Part shown: positions 22,320 through 31,491 of the stretch, piece after piece
How the letters are laid out: the number at the start of each line of letters is the position of its first letter
How positions within the stretch are numbered: position 1 is the stretch's first letter
DNA from: an uncultured delta proteobacterium
GTDB taxonomy: Bacteria > Myxococcota_A > Polyangia > Fen-1088
Direction of reading: 5' to 3'
Length of the DNA: 64,000 bases
Assembly (NCBI GenBank): GCA_963796685.1
Contig: CAWCMR010000009.1
Coordinates: 64,001 to 128,000, forward strand
The notes under the pieces: generated by a model
Databases searched by the model: none
What the model was told of the DNA's origin: nothing
Seen by the model: only the letters and a program-made list of their open reading frames with translations
Position numbers and translations under genes: made by a program

Positions 22320-23435
22320 ATGGCACTTTCACACCGCTACGACTTCCTTCTGCTCTTTGATGTCCAGGATGGCAACCCCAACGGAGACCCGGATGCCGGA
22401 AATCTGCCGCGCATCGACCCAGAGACCGGGCACGGCCTAGTTACTGACGTGTGCATAAAGCGCAAGATCCGCAACTTCGTCCTTCTGTCGAAGACCGAGC
22501 CAGGATTCGATATCTACGTGAAGGAAAAGGCAGTTCTCGGACGAGCTCATGTCCAAGCGTTTGAGGAACTCAAGATCGCTCTCGGCGAGGAGGGCCGGCA
22601 ACCAGTGCCGCCGGATCTTGTCGAGTTGCTCGCCAGCTTCGACCTACCTGACGGGCTATCTGTCGCCGAGGAAGATGATGGCCAGATCTTGGTGGTAGCC
22701 GCAGATGCCGATCCCAAGGAGATCAAGGCCGCGCTCAAAGAAGGTGAGGCACCGGCCAAAGTGAAGGCCTTCATAGAGGCTATTCTCAAGAAGGCGAAGC
22801 CACGTAAGCCAACGGGTGATGAGAGCGACAAGGGACGCAGGTTCATGTGCGATCGGTACTTCGACGTCAGGACATTCGGCGCCGTGATGTCGCTTAAGTC
22901 GGCTCCGAACTGCGGGCAGGTTCGCGGCCCGGTGCAGCTCACTTTCAGTCGGTCTGTCGATCCGATCGTGCAACTTGAGCACAGCATCACGCGGATGGCG
23001 GTGGCCACAGAGAAGGAGGCAGAGGCACAGAGTGGAGACAACCGCACGATGGGCCGGAAGGCGACAGTGCCGTATGGCCTCTACGTTTGCCGAGGATTCG
23101 TGAGTCCATCCTTCGCACAGGACTTCGTCGAGAAAGGTGGAGACCTCAAGGGCGGTACCGGCTTCGGCGAAGCCGATCTCTCGTTGGTCTGGGAAGCGCT
23201 AGAGAAGATGTTCGAAAACGACCGCTCGGCGGCGCGCGGCCTGATGAGCACACGGAAGCTCTTCATCTTCCAGCACGAGTCTCCGCTTGGGAATGCGCGC
23301 GCTGCCGACCTCTTCGACCGCGTCACCATCAAGCGCAAGGAAGGCGTCGAAGCGCCACGAGCGTTCACGGACTACGTTGTGCAGGTGAACGAGAAGGATC
23401 TTCCAACGGGCGTCACGCTGCAAACGCGCGTATAG
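22320..23435 (+). CDS. cas7: Type I-C Cas7c (Csd2) with a large insertion
   Basis: NPNGDPDAGNLPRID..TDVCIKRKIR..FDVRTFGAV..TMGRK. Confidence 0.95.
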   Translation: MALSHRYDFLLLFDVQDGNPNGDPDAGNLPRIDPETGHGLVTDVCIKRKIRNFVLLSKTEPGFDIYVKEKAVLGRAHVQAFEELKIALGEEGRQPVPPDLVELLASFDLPDGLSVAEEDDGQILVVAADADPKEIKAALKEGEAPAKVKAFIEAILKKAKPRKPTGDESDKGRRFMCDRYFDVRTFGAVMSLKSAPNCGQVRGPVQLTFSRSVDPIVQLEHSITRMAVATEKEAEAQSGDNRTMGRKATVPYGLYVCRGFVSPSFAQDFVEKGGDLKGGTGFGEADLSLVWEALEKMFENDRSAARGLMSTRKLFIFQHESPLGNARAADLFDRVTIKRKEGVEAPRAFTDYVVQVNEKDLPTGVTLQTRV

Positions 23436-23450
23436 AAGGCCGCATCGACC

Positions 23451-24074
23451 TTGGACGACGACGAACGCCTGGTCTCGATCTCCGCGCTCGAGCATTGGAG
23501 CTTCTGCCGGCGCCAGTGTGGACTGATCCACCTTGAGGGGCTTTGGGCGGAGAATGTCCTCACCGCCAAGGGGAAGGAAATGCACGAGCAGGTGGATCTG
23601 CCCGGACTCGAACAGCGGCCGGGAATGAAGAAGTCACGGGCGCTGGCGCTAAAGTGCGACCGGCTGGGTCTGGCCGGCAAGGCGGACATGGTGGTGTTCT
23701 TCTCCGATCCGGCCTATCCACCACCGGGGCGGCCCTTTCCGGTCGAGTACAAACGCAGCGTGCGCAACAACTTCCGCCACGCCGAGCTGCAGATGTGCGC
23801 GCAGGCGCTGTGCCTTGAGGAGATGCTGAAGGTTGCCGTCCCGGCCGGTGCGCTGTATTTCGGCGCGTCCCGGCGACGACGCGAGGTGCAGTTCGATGCG
23901 TGCCTTCGCGGTGAGACCGAATCGGCCATTGCCGCCATCGCAGCCATGCTGCAAATTGGGCGAACACCTGAGCCAGAGCCGGGCAAGAAGTGCGAGCGCT
24001 GCAGCTTGCGAACACTTTGTATGCCGTCCCTGCCCACGCGCGGGCGGCTCTTGGCCTATATGCGCGAGCTGTGA
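23451..24074 (+). CDS. cas4: Cas4
   Basis: FCRRQ..GKAD..PVEYK..QALCLEEM..CERCSL..C. Confidence 0.95.
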   Translation: MDDDERLVSISALEHWSFCRRQCGLIHLEGLWAENVLTAKGKEMHEQVDLPGLEQRPGMKKSRALALKCDRLGLAGKADMVVFFSDPAYPPPGRPFPVEYKRSVRNNFRHAELQMCAQALCLEEMLKVAVPAGALYFGASRRRREVQFDACLRGETESAIAAIAAMLQIGRTPEPEPGKKCERCSLRTLCMPSLPTRGRLLAYMREL

Positions 24075-24076
24075 AC

Positions 24077-25102
24077 ATGGCTGTCCTGCACAACACGCTG
24101 TACGTGACGACCGCGGACACGGCCTTGCTGAAGGAAGGCGAAACGGTCACGGTTCGGGTCGCACGCGAGCAAAGGCTGCGCGTTCCCGTGCACCACCTGG
24201 AATCCATCGTCTGCCTGGGACATGTCTACGTCAGCCCAGAATTGATGTACCTGTGCCTCGAACGTGGGGTCGGGATTTCGTTCCTTACCGAACATGGGCG
24301 CTTTCGTGGGCGAGTCGAGGGCACAAACCAAAGCGGCGCTCTCTTGCGGTTGAACCAGACGCAATGCCATCTGGATGTGGGGCGCAGCCTGGCAATCGCG
24401 AAGAGCATCGTTCAAGGCAAGATCGCTAACCAACGTCACGTCCTGCAAAGGGCTGCTCGGGAAGCGGAAGGCAATGCGGCCGTGCGCCTGAGCGATGCCG
24501 CGCGGGCGCTGCGGATGAGCGACCCGCAACGGATGGAGACCCACGACCAGGTACGCGGCAGCGAAGGCGAGGCAGCGGCTCGATACTTCGAGGTCTTTGG
24601 CGACCTGGTCAGGCAGCAGAGCGACGATTTTCGCTGGACCTCACGCCAGCGCCGACCACCACGCGATCCGCTGAATTGCTTGCTTTCGTTCGCGTACGCC
24701 TTGCTGATGAACGACTGCTTGTCCGCGCTTCAGGCCAATGGTCTGGACCCAGCGCTCGGGTTCCTGCACGCGTTCCGGCCAGGGCGGCCGGGCCTGGCGC
24801 TCGACTTGATGGAGCACTTGCGCCCCCTGGTGGCCGATCGGCTGGTGTTGTCCCTGGTCAACAATCAACAGCTTCGGGCGGGCGACTTCCGGCACACCGA
24901 AAGCGGTGCCGTCGAATTGACCGACGAGGCGCGCAAGCTGGTCATCAAGACGCACCAAGAACGGAAGGCGACGAGCATCGTCCATCCTTTGCTTGGCGAC
25001 GAGATTGAATGGGGCTTGGTTCCGCACGTCGAGGCGCGCCTGCTCGCGCGAACGCTTCGTGGGGACCTCGACACATTTCCTCCTTTTCATCCGGCTGGTT
25101 GA
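24077..25102 (+). CDS. cas1: Type I-C Cas1
   Basis: NTLYVTT..RGSEGEAAARYF..RRPPRDPLN..GFLH..LALDLME. Confidence 0.95.
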   Translation: MAVLHNTLYVTTADTALLKEGETVTVRVAREQRLRVPVHHLESIVCLGHVYVSPELMYLCLERGVGISFLTEHGRFRGRVEGTNQSGALLRLNQTQCHLDVGRSLAIAKSIVQGKIANQRHVLQRAAREAEGNAAVRLSDAARALRMSDPQRMETHDQVRGSEGEAAARYFEVFGDLVRQQSDDFRWTSRQRRPPRDPLNCLLSFAYALLMNDCLSALQANGLDPALGFLHAFRPGRPGLALDLMEHLRPLVADRLVLSLVNNQQLRAGDFRHTESGAVELTDEARKLVIKTHQERKATSIVHPLLGDEIEWGLVPHVEARLLARTLRGDLDTFPPFHPAG

Positions 25103-25111
25103 GATAGGGTC

Positions 25112-25402
25112 ATGGTCGTTCTGGTCACCTACGATGTTTCCACCGAAAGCAGAGAGGGCCGTCGCCGCCTTCGTCGCATCGCCAAAGCATGCGAGAGCTA
25201 TGGGCAACGCGTGCAGTTCTCGGTTTTCGAGTGCAAACTGCCTGACGAGCTATGGGTCAAATTGCGAGGAGAGCTTCTTCGCCTCTTCAACCCGGACGAA
25301 GACAGCCTGCGCTTCTATTTCCTGGGGCAAGACGACCTGGCGCGCGCCGAACACCACGGAATCAAGCCGAGCATCGACTTCGAGGGCTCGCTTATCGTCT
25401 AG
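25112..25402 (+). CDS. cas2: Cas2
   Basis: VTYDV..GQRVQFSVFEC..DSLRFY. Confidence 0.95.
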   Translation: MVVLVTYDVSTESREGRRRLRRIAKACESYGQRVQFSVFECKLPDELWVKLRGELLRLFNPDEDSLRFYFLGQDDLARAEHHGIKPSIDFEGSLIV

Positions 25403-25585
25403 GGCGCGCGAAGGTAGAGTGGACATGGAATCGCCGATCGGTTCGCGCCTGTCAGATAGCTCTATGAAAACCGAAGAGTACAACCATGGCGCCGCCCGCG
25501 ACGGCGGCGCAATTGACTGTGGCGTATATCCCTCGCGCCATACCCTTCGCAGATGCGCGAAATTCGTAGTATTTTTGGAGGGTGC
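25403..25585 (+). promoter_or_regulatory. CRISPR leader
   Basis: Non-coding interval between cas2 and the first repeat. Confidence 0.7.
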
Positions 25586-27966
25586 GTCGCGCGGTCCTTC
25601 GGGGCCGCGCGTGGATTGAAACTCCCAAATGTCACGAATGGCGCAGAGCTTGTGCGGGTCGCGCGGTCCTTCGGGGCCGCGCGTGGATTGAAACCCGAAG
25701 CTCCCGCAGTTCCGCGCGCAGCTCGTGGGTCGCGCGGTCCTTCGGGGCCGCGCGTGGATTGAAACCTCGCATGGGGCGAGTTCGGGTGGGCAGTCCTGGT
25801 CGCGCGGTCCTTCGGGGCCGCGCGTGGATTGAAACTTCACGAATCGGATCGCCGTCGCTGCACATTCGACGTCGCGCGGTCCTTCGGGGCCGCGCGTGGA
25901 TTGAAACCTCTTGGCTCGCTCGGCCGCCTCCTCGCGTGTGGGCGTCGCGCGGTCCTTCGGGGCCGCGCGTGGATTGAAACTCATGGCGTGCGCTCCAGCT
26001 CGCGCAGCCTGGCCTGTCGCGCGGTCCTTCGGGGCCGCGCGTGGATTGAAACCTGCGACCGTGTAAGGCGTGGTGTTGAGGACCAGTCGCGCGGTCCTTC
26101 GGGGCCGCGCGTGGATTGAAACATCGCCTCCGTCCCGTCGGGGAGCATCGCACAGCGTCGCGCGGTCCTTCGGGGCCGCGCGTGGATTGAAACCAGGCGG
26201 GATGGGGCGAATGGGACGACTCCGCAAGTCGCGCGGTCCTTCGGGGCCGCGCGTGGATTGAAACGCGTCCGTGGAGATCTGCTAAACGTGGATCCCGTCG
26301 CGCGGTCCTTCGGGGCCGCGCGTGGATTGAAACGAGAGCGCTGGAGACATCACCCATCCATGCGAAGTCGCGCGGTCCTTCGGGGCCGCGCGTGGATTGA
26401 AACATCCGCGCCGTCGCTCGCTGAATCTCCGAGACGGTCGCGCGGTCCTTCGGGGCCGCGCGTGGATTGAAACCGGAGCCTCCCGTCACGTGGCGGTCGC
26501 TGCGGAGTCGCGCGGTCCTTCGGGGCCGCGCGTGGATTGAAACCGCTAATGATCAAGGCTGCTGCCGACGGCGCAGGGTCGCGCGGTCCTTCGGGGCCGC
26601 GCGTGGATTGAAACACGAATGATGTGCGCCGGCCCCATGTCCACAAGGCCGTCGCGCGGTCCTTCGGGGCCGCGCGTGGATTGAAACAAGATCCACGATG
26701 GCAGCGCAAACGCCTTGAAATGTCGCGCGGTCCTTCGGGGCCGCGCGTGGATTGAAACCTTTGGAACGACATCGTCATCATTGAGTGTCAGGGTCGCGCG
26801 GTCCTTCGGGGCCGCGCGTGGATTGAAACCTTATCAGCAGCCAGGCACTATTTCTGGGCCAACGGTCGCGCGGTCCTTCGGGGCCGCGCGTGGATTGAAA
26901 CGCCGATTTGAGCGAGTTTTCCTTCCACTCCAGTGTCGCGCGGTCCTTCGGGGCCGCGCGTGGATTGAAACTTCGCCCGCAAGGCCGGCCCAGTAGCGTT
27001 CTGCGTCGCGCGGTCCTTCGGGGCCGCGCGTGGATTGAAACTTTCTGCTGGCGTGGTTTCTGCGCGCTTGCCTGAGTCGCGCGGTCCTTCGGGGCCGCGC
27101 GTGGATTGAAACCACCGCCCGAGTCGCGCACGCACCGGGCACCCAGGTCGCGCGGTCCTTCGGGGCCGCGCGTGGATTGAAACGTCGGCTTGGCTTCGCT
27201 GTTGATGACTCGGGCAATGTCGCGCGGTCCTTCGGGGCCGCGCGTGGATTGAAACAATTACCTGCCCTTCCGTCCCTTCGGCCGGTGCCGGTCGCGCGGT
27301 CCTTCGGGGCCGCGCGTGGATTGAAACTTTGGGCAGGAGCCCACGCCGGCATCGTTGAAGGTCGCGCGGTCCTTCGGGGCCGCGCGTGGATTGAAACCAG
27401 TACGGGGGCGGTTCGTTCGCCTCAAACATTCGTCGCGCGGTCCTTCGGGGCCGCGCGTGGATTGAAACTCCGCCCACCTGGTGCAGCTCCAGGCCGAAGC
27501 CAGTCGCGCGGTCCTTCGGGGCCGCGCGTGGATTGAAACCTGCTGAAAATGATACATAGCAGTGAGTGTTGAGAGTCGCGCGGTCCTTCGGGGCCGCGCG
27601 TGGATTGAAACGATTGCGTCGATGTTGGCAGCCGCTTGCAGATGGTCGCGCGGTCCTTCGGGGCCGCGCGTGGATTGAAACAAGTACAAGCCAGGGATCG
27701 GCGAGGATGCCGACGTCGCGCGGTCCTTCGGGGCCGCGCGTGGATTGAAACCGCGTGAACCTCGACACCGCGGGTTTGAGACGCCGTCGCGCGGTCCTTC
27801 GGGGCCGCGCGTGGATTGAAACTCTTGCTCGGCGAGGTCGCGCTCGGACAATCCCCCCGTCGCGCGGTCCTTCGGGGCCGCGCGTGGATTGAAACTCTAG
27901 TGGGCTGTTGACTGCAACTGCTACTCTCAGTCGCGCGGTCCTTCGGGGCCGCGCGTGGATTGAAAC
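25586..27966 (+). CRISPR. Leader-proximal array segment, 34 repeats of GTCGCGCGGTCCTTCGGGGCCGCGCGTGGATTGAAAC (37 bp)
   Basis: Repeats at ~71-bp period with unique spacers; 10-bp stem with a TTCG loop; counted by eye. Confidence 0.98.
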
Positions 27967-28019
27967 TCATCCATGTGTTGCCACGCAAACAGGCTGATGG
28001 GTTTGCGGTTCAGATAGCA

Positions 28020-28070
28020 GATGGGCATCACGGAAGTGACAGGGTGGCTGTCACGTCGGTGATGCCCATC
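28020..28070. terminator. Long hairpin near the element end (terminator-like)
   Basis: GATGGGCATCAC..GTGACAG/CTGTCAC..GTGATGCCCATC, downstream of the element operon. Confidence 0.5.
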
Positions 28071-28081
28071 ATCGGGTCGGC

Positions 28082-28306
28082 TCAGAAGCAGTCGTCGTGA
28101 GGGCCGTCGGGGACAGATTCCCAGACGGCGTCAGGGGGCCTGGGGGTTTCGATTCCGCGTGCAGCCTGGAGGTCGGCCATGGCATCGCCGTGTGCACGCC
28201 AGATGGCGGCGATGACCCGCTCGAACACATCGACGAGGATCAGGGCGCAAGATGTGTCGATGGGCGGCAGGTGGATCTGAGCGTGCGGTGGCGGCGGGCG
28301 CCTCAT
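28082..28306 (-). CDS. Small hypothetical protein of the element
   Basis: ATGA overlap with the ATPase gene. Confidence 0.5.
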   Translation of the reverse strand: MRRPPPPHAQIHLPPIDTSCALILVDVFERVIAAIWRAHGDAMADLQAARGIETPRPPDAVWESVPDGPHDDCF

Positions 28307-29118
28307 GCTGCCTCCCTGGGTTCGGTATCGACGACACGGGTGATGGCATCGCGCTCGACGAGTTTTCGCTTTCTGCGGGCGGCGTCGCGAAGGGCGGCGG
28401 TGGCGAGCCGGTCGAGGTCGCGCAAAGATCCTGCGGCGGCTTCGTGGAGCATGGCCAGGGCGTCAGCCGTGACAAGCTCGCGGTCGCAGCCTGATTGCTT
28501 GAGTCTGGAGCGAATGTAGTCGGCGGTGTCGTCCGGGGTCAGGGGCGTGACGTTGAGCCGCGTGTAAATGCGCGAGTACAAGGATCGATTGCGACGGAGG
28601 ACAAGCCTGTCGGAAAGCTCTGGCAGGCCGACGAGGACGAGGGACAGGAGCGCCCTGCTGTCCCACTGGTAGTTCAGCAAAATGTGTAGGTGGTCCAGCA
28701 TGTCCTGATGGAGCAGGTGCGCCTCGTCGAGGAGGAAGACCGGATGAACACGCTCGCGGCCAAGATCTTCGACGTGGGAGGAGACGGCGAAAAAGAGAGC
28801 CGCTGCGGCGGCGGAAGGCGCGAGCCCCAAGGCGAGGCAAAGCTGGCGATAAAAATCGCGGCGTCCGAGGGTGGCGTTGTGGCAGTAGGTGAGTCGGAAA
28901 CCAGTTTGCGGCAGCCTGTGGCGCAGGGCACGCAGAACGCAGGTTTTACCGGCGCCGGGATCGCCGGTGAGGACGATGGAAGCACGCTCGTGGAGGGCTT
29001 CGCACAGCTCGTGTACCAGGGCCTCCTTGGAAGGCGGCATCCACAGATCGACGTCTGCTATTTCCTTGGAGAATGGGGCGCGTTCGAGGGCGAAGTGGCC
29101 GAGATAGGCGGGCGTCAT
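28303..29118 (-). CDS. ExeA-like AAA+ ATPase (transposition helper)
   Basis: GDPGAGKT Walker A, LLDEAH Walker B, LVLVGLPEL. Confidence 0.9.
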   Translation of the reverse strand: MTPAYLGHFALERAPFSKEIADVDLWMPPSKEALVHELCEALHERASIVLTGDPGAGKTCVLRALRHRLPQTGFRLTYCHNATLGRRDFYRQLCLALGLAPSAAAAALFFAVSSHVEDLGRERVHPVFLLDEAHLLHQDMLDHLHILLNYQWDSRALLSLVLVGLPELSDRLVLRRNRSLYSRIYTRLNVTPLTPDDTADYIRSRLKQSGCDRELVTADALAMLHEAAAGSLRDLDRLATAALRDAARRKRKLVERDAITRVVDTEPREAA

Positions 29119-30479
29119 CGGTCACCTCCTTGTGGCGAAGGGTTTCGTCCGACAGCTCGGTCGAGCAGCACGGAAGGCGGATCGAAGGGCACCGGTCGCG
29201 AGGCTTTTGTCGCATGTCCCCCGCCACGATTTGGACGTTTTCGCTGGGCGTTCTTGCCAGGGTCGACGGGATGCAGAGGCAACGCCTTTCCCTCGTGCTC
29301 GACCCACGGAGCTTCGCTCATGTCGACGAGGCAACGGGCCACCATGACCAGGCGCCCTGCGAGAAAGCCCTGATCGAGCTCCCAGTCCGTACCCTCCAGT
29401 GGCAGCGTGGTGTCTCGGCGGACGCGGCGGCGCACGCGCACGGTGAGCGCCTCGCGCAGCTTGCGCTCGTCGAAGCGATCGGTGGGACGCTCGGCTGCCT
29501 CGTACACGCGCGCGGGCGAGCGGCCAAGCAGCGAAGCGTGCGGCGCCTTGTGGTAGTGCTCGTCGAGGAAGGCCCACAGCCGCACGTTGATGTCGTGTAG
29601 CGACGATACCTGGCCGAGAAAGTCGATACACCCCTGGCGCAGGGTGCGCCAGAAGCGCTCCATCTTTCCACGCGCCTGCGGGTCGTAGGGACGCGCGTGC
29701 AACAGGGAGACGCCCATGCGCGCGCAAGCCGTGGACAAGATGTCGCCGCGATAGGTACTGCCATTGTCGAGGTACAAGGCATCCGGTGGCCCATGTCTGC
29801 GCAGGGCACGCACAAACATCCCCAGCATGTCCACCTCGCGCTCGGTGTGGTGCGCTTCCAGCGCGATGATGAAGCGGGAGGCATCGTCGAGCAGTCCGTG
29901 AATTCGCACCGGCATGTTTTTACCGCCGACCGAAATCGCCGGGCCATAACAGACATCGCCGTGCCAGAGCGCCCCAGGCCGCTCTGCTTCCCATCGCAGC
30001 CTGGTCTTCGGCCCCTTGCCATCGCGCATGGGAATGCGGTCCAGCCCCTCGTCGGCGAAAAGTCGCCGCACCGTCGAGGCCGACACCGCGTCCTTGCTCA
30101 ATCGCCCGTCGACGGTCAGGGTGCGAAGGATCAAAGGCACCGAAGCCGAGGGATGCTCACGCCGGATGTCGCACAGAAGCGTGCGCTGCTCCGCTGTCAG
30201 CTCCTGCGCGCGTCCACTGTCGCTGCGGGGCTCGGGGCGCAGGGCATCTAGGCTTCCGGCCTTGTAGGCGTAATACCAGCGCTCCAGCGTCGGAACCGAG
30301 AATCTGCGCGTGCTGTCCGCTCCCGGCGGCCGGTAGCGCTCGGCGGCCAGATCTTTCAGCGTCGCCGCCAACTCTCCGTGGTCGAGATCTCGTCGGGTGA
30401 GTGCGCCGACGATTTCGCTGCGGAAGATGGCTACCTCCTCGGCATGGTCCTTGGGCTTCAGGCTTTGTAGGTCGGTCAT
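29115..30479 (-). CDS. DDE (rve / Mu-like) transposase
   Basis: LWHGD..LDDASR..YLDNGS..GKMERFWRT. Confidence 0.9.
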   Translation of the reverse strand: MTDLQSLKPKDHAEEVAIFRSEIVGALTRRDLDHGELAATLKDLAAERYRPPGADSTRRFSVPTLERWYYAYKAGSLDALRPEPRSDSGRAQELTAEQRTLLCDIRREHPSASVPLILRTLTVDGRLSKDAVSASTVRRLFADEGLDRIPMRDGKGPKTRLRWEAERPGALWHGDVCYGPAISVGGKNMPVRIHGLLDDASRFIIALEAHHTEREVDMLGMFVRALRRHGPPDALYLDNGSTYRGDILSTACARMGVSLLHARPYDPQARGKMERFWRTLRQGCIDFLGQVSSLHDINVRLWAFLDEHYHKAPHASLLGRSPARVYEAAERPTDRFDERKLREALTVRVRRRVRRDTTLPLEGTDWELDQGFLAGRLVMVARCLVDMSEAPWVEHEGKALPLHPVDPGKNAQRKRPNRGGGHATKASRPVPFDPPSVLLDRAVGRNPSPQGGDR

Positions 30480-30596
30480 GGTGTCCCTTCTGCAACCGCG
30501 GTGTGCGATGCACGTAAAGCCATGCTTCATTCCGGCCGTGCCTGGCAGGGATCTTCGCGGGTGGGCGAAGTCCCAGCGACGGAAAAAGTCTGATGG

Positions 30597-31229
30597 TCAT
30601 CGCATAGCGAGCGCCGATCCTTGGAAAGCCCGCGTTGTCACAGACGCCTCGCCCGAAGGCGGCGGCCCGAGTGAAGCCAGTCCCAGCGCCGCCCGCTCAG
30701 CCGCCTGCCGTGCGGTGAAATCCGAAGGCGAGGCACGCAGTCCGGACAGCAGCGTGCCCGCACGAATGGCCCGAATCCACCGTCGCAACGTGGCCCAGCC
30801 GGTGATGGCGGTCTGGCCGATGATCGTCCGCGGGCTCGTCTGTCGCCGCACTTCCGCAACAGACAATTTCTGCACCCCGAACAAGGCCAACGCCCACCCG
30901 ACCGCAGACGATGTGTAAAGCCGCCCAGGAATCGTCTCGCAAGGAACCACGGTGAGCACGGCGCCACACTGGCAAAGAAAGCGACGGACGAGCAGCAAGA
31001 CCATCTTGGGCACTTGCCCTGGTCCTGGCGGTCCCAAGAACTGTCTCTCGCGCAGCCCATGCCCGATGATCCCAAGCCTCGCTCCCGGCGGACAGCCAGC
31101 TCGTCCACATACAGGGCAGGTACTCGGTCTCAGCATGTCCACACCCGGCATTGCCACCAACCACAGCTTGACCCCGACCTTGCCGTGCACGATTGTCTGA
31201 AGCGCTCCGTTCCTTTCGTTTCCTTTCAC
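30597..31229 (-). CDS. Zn-finger-like accessory protein of the element
   Basis: CPVC..GHG..RRFLCQC..TLRRW; start uncertain. Confidence 0.6.
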   Translation of the reverse strand: MKGNERNGALQTIVHGKVGVKLWLVAMPGVDMLRPSTCPVCGRAGCPPGARLGIIGHGLRERQFLGPPGPGQVPKMVLLLVRRFLCQCGAVLTVVPCETIPGRLYTSSAVGWALALFGVQKLSVAEVRRQTSPRTIIGQTAITGWATLRRWIRAIRAGTLLSGLRASPSDFTARQAAERAALGLASLGPPPSGEASVTTRAFQGSALAMR

Positions 31230-31491
31230 GTCGGGTGCGGAGCACGACCAGGCAGGGCGGTGGATACGCCCTCCTGGTCACCTACATAGCTGCGGCCAGC
31301 GACATGCCGATGCTCCTCCTTTCCATGCCGCCACTACCCTGATTCCCTGCCCGTGGCCATGGCCATCTCCACGCCGGGAATGATGGCGATTGTCCAAGCC
31401 ATGCCATCACCGATACCGCGCGATCTCCCGCCGCTCAGCACCACTCACACCGCCTCGGAACACATGCCATCGGCCTCGACGAAGAAGCACT

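Larger units (their letters stand above)
27976..31462 (-). mobile_element. DDE-transposase/AAA-ATPase element inserted in a spacer; ends TGTT..AACA, CATG duplication
   Basis: CATG at 27972-27975 and 31463-31466; removal restores a 34-nt spacer. Confidence 0.85.

Noticed and set aside
27976-31462. CRISPR-associated transposon (transposase plus ATPase next to Cascade)
   Set aside because: No TniQ/TnsD seen, cas genes lie outside the element ends, and it simply interrupts a spacer.
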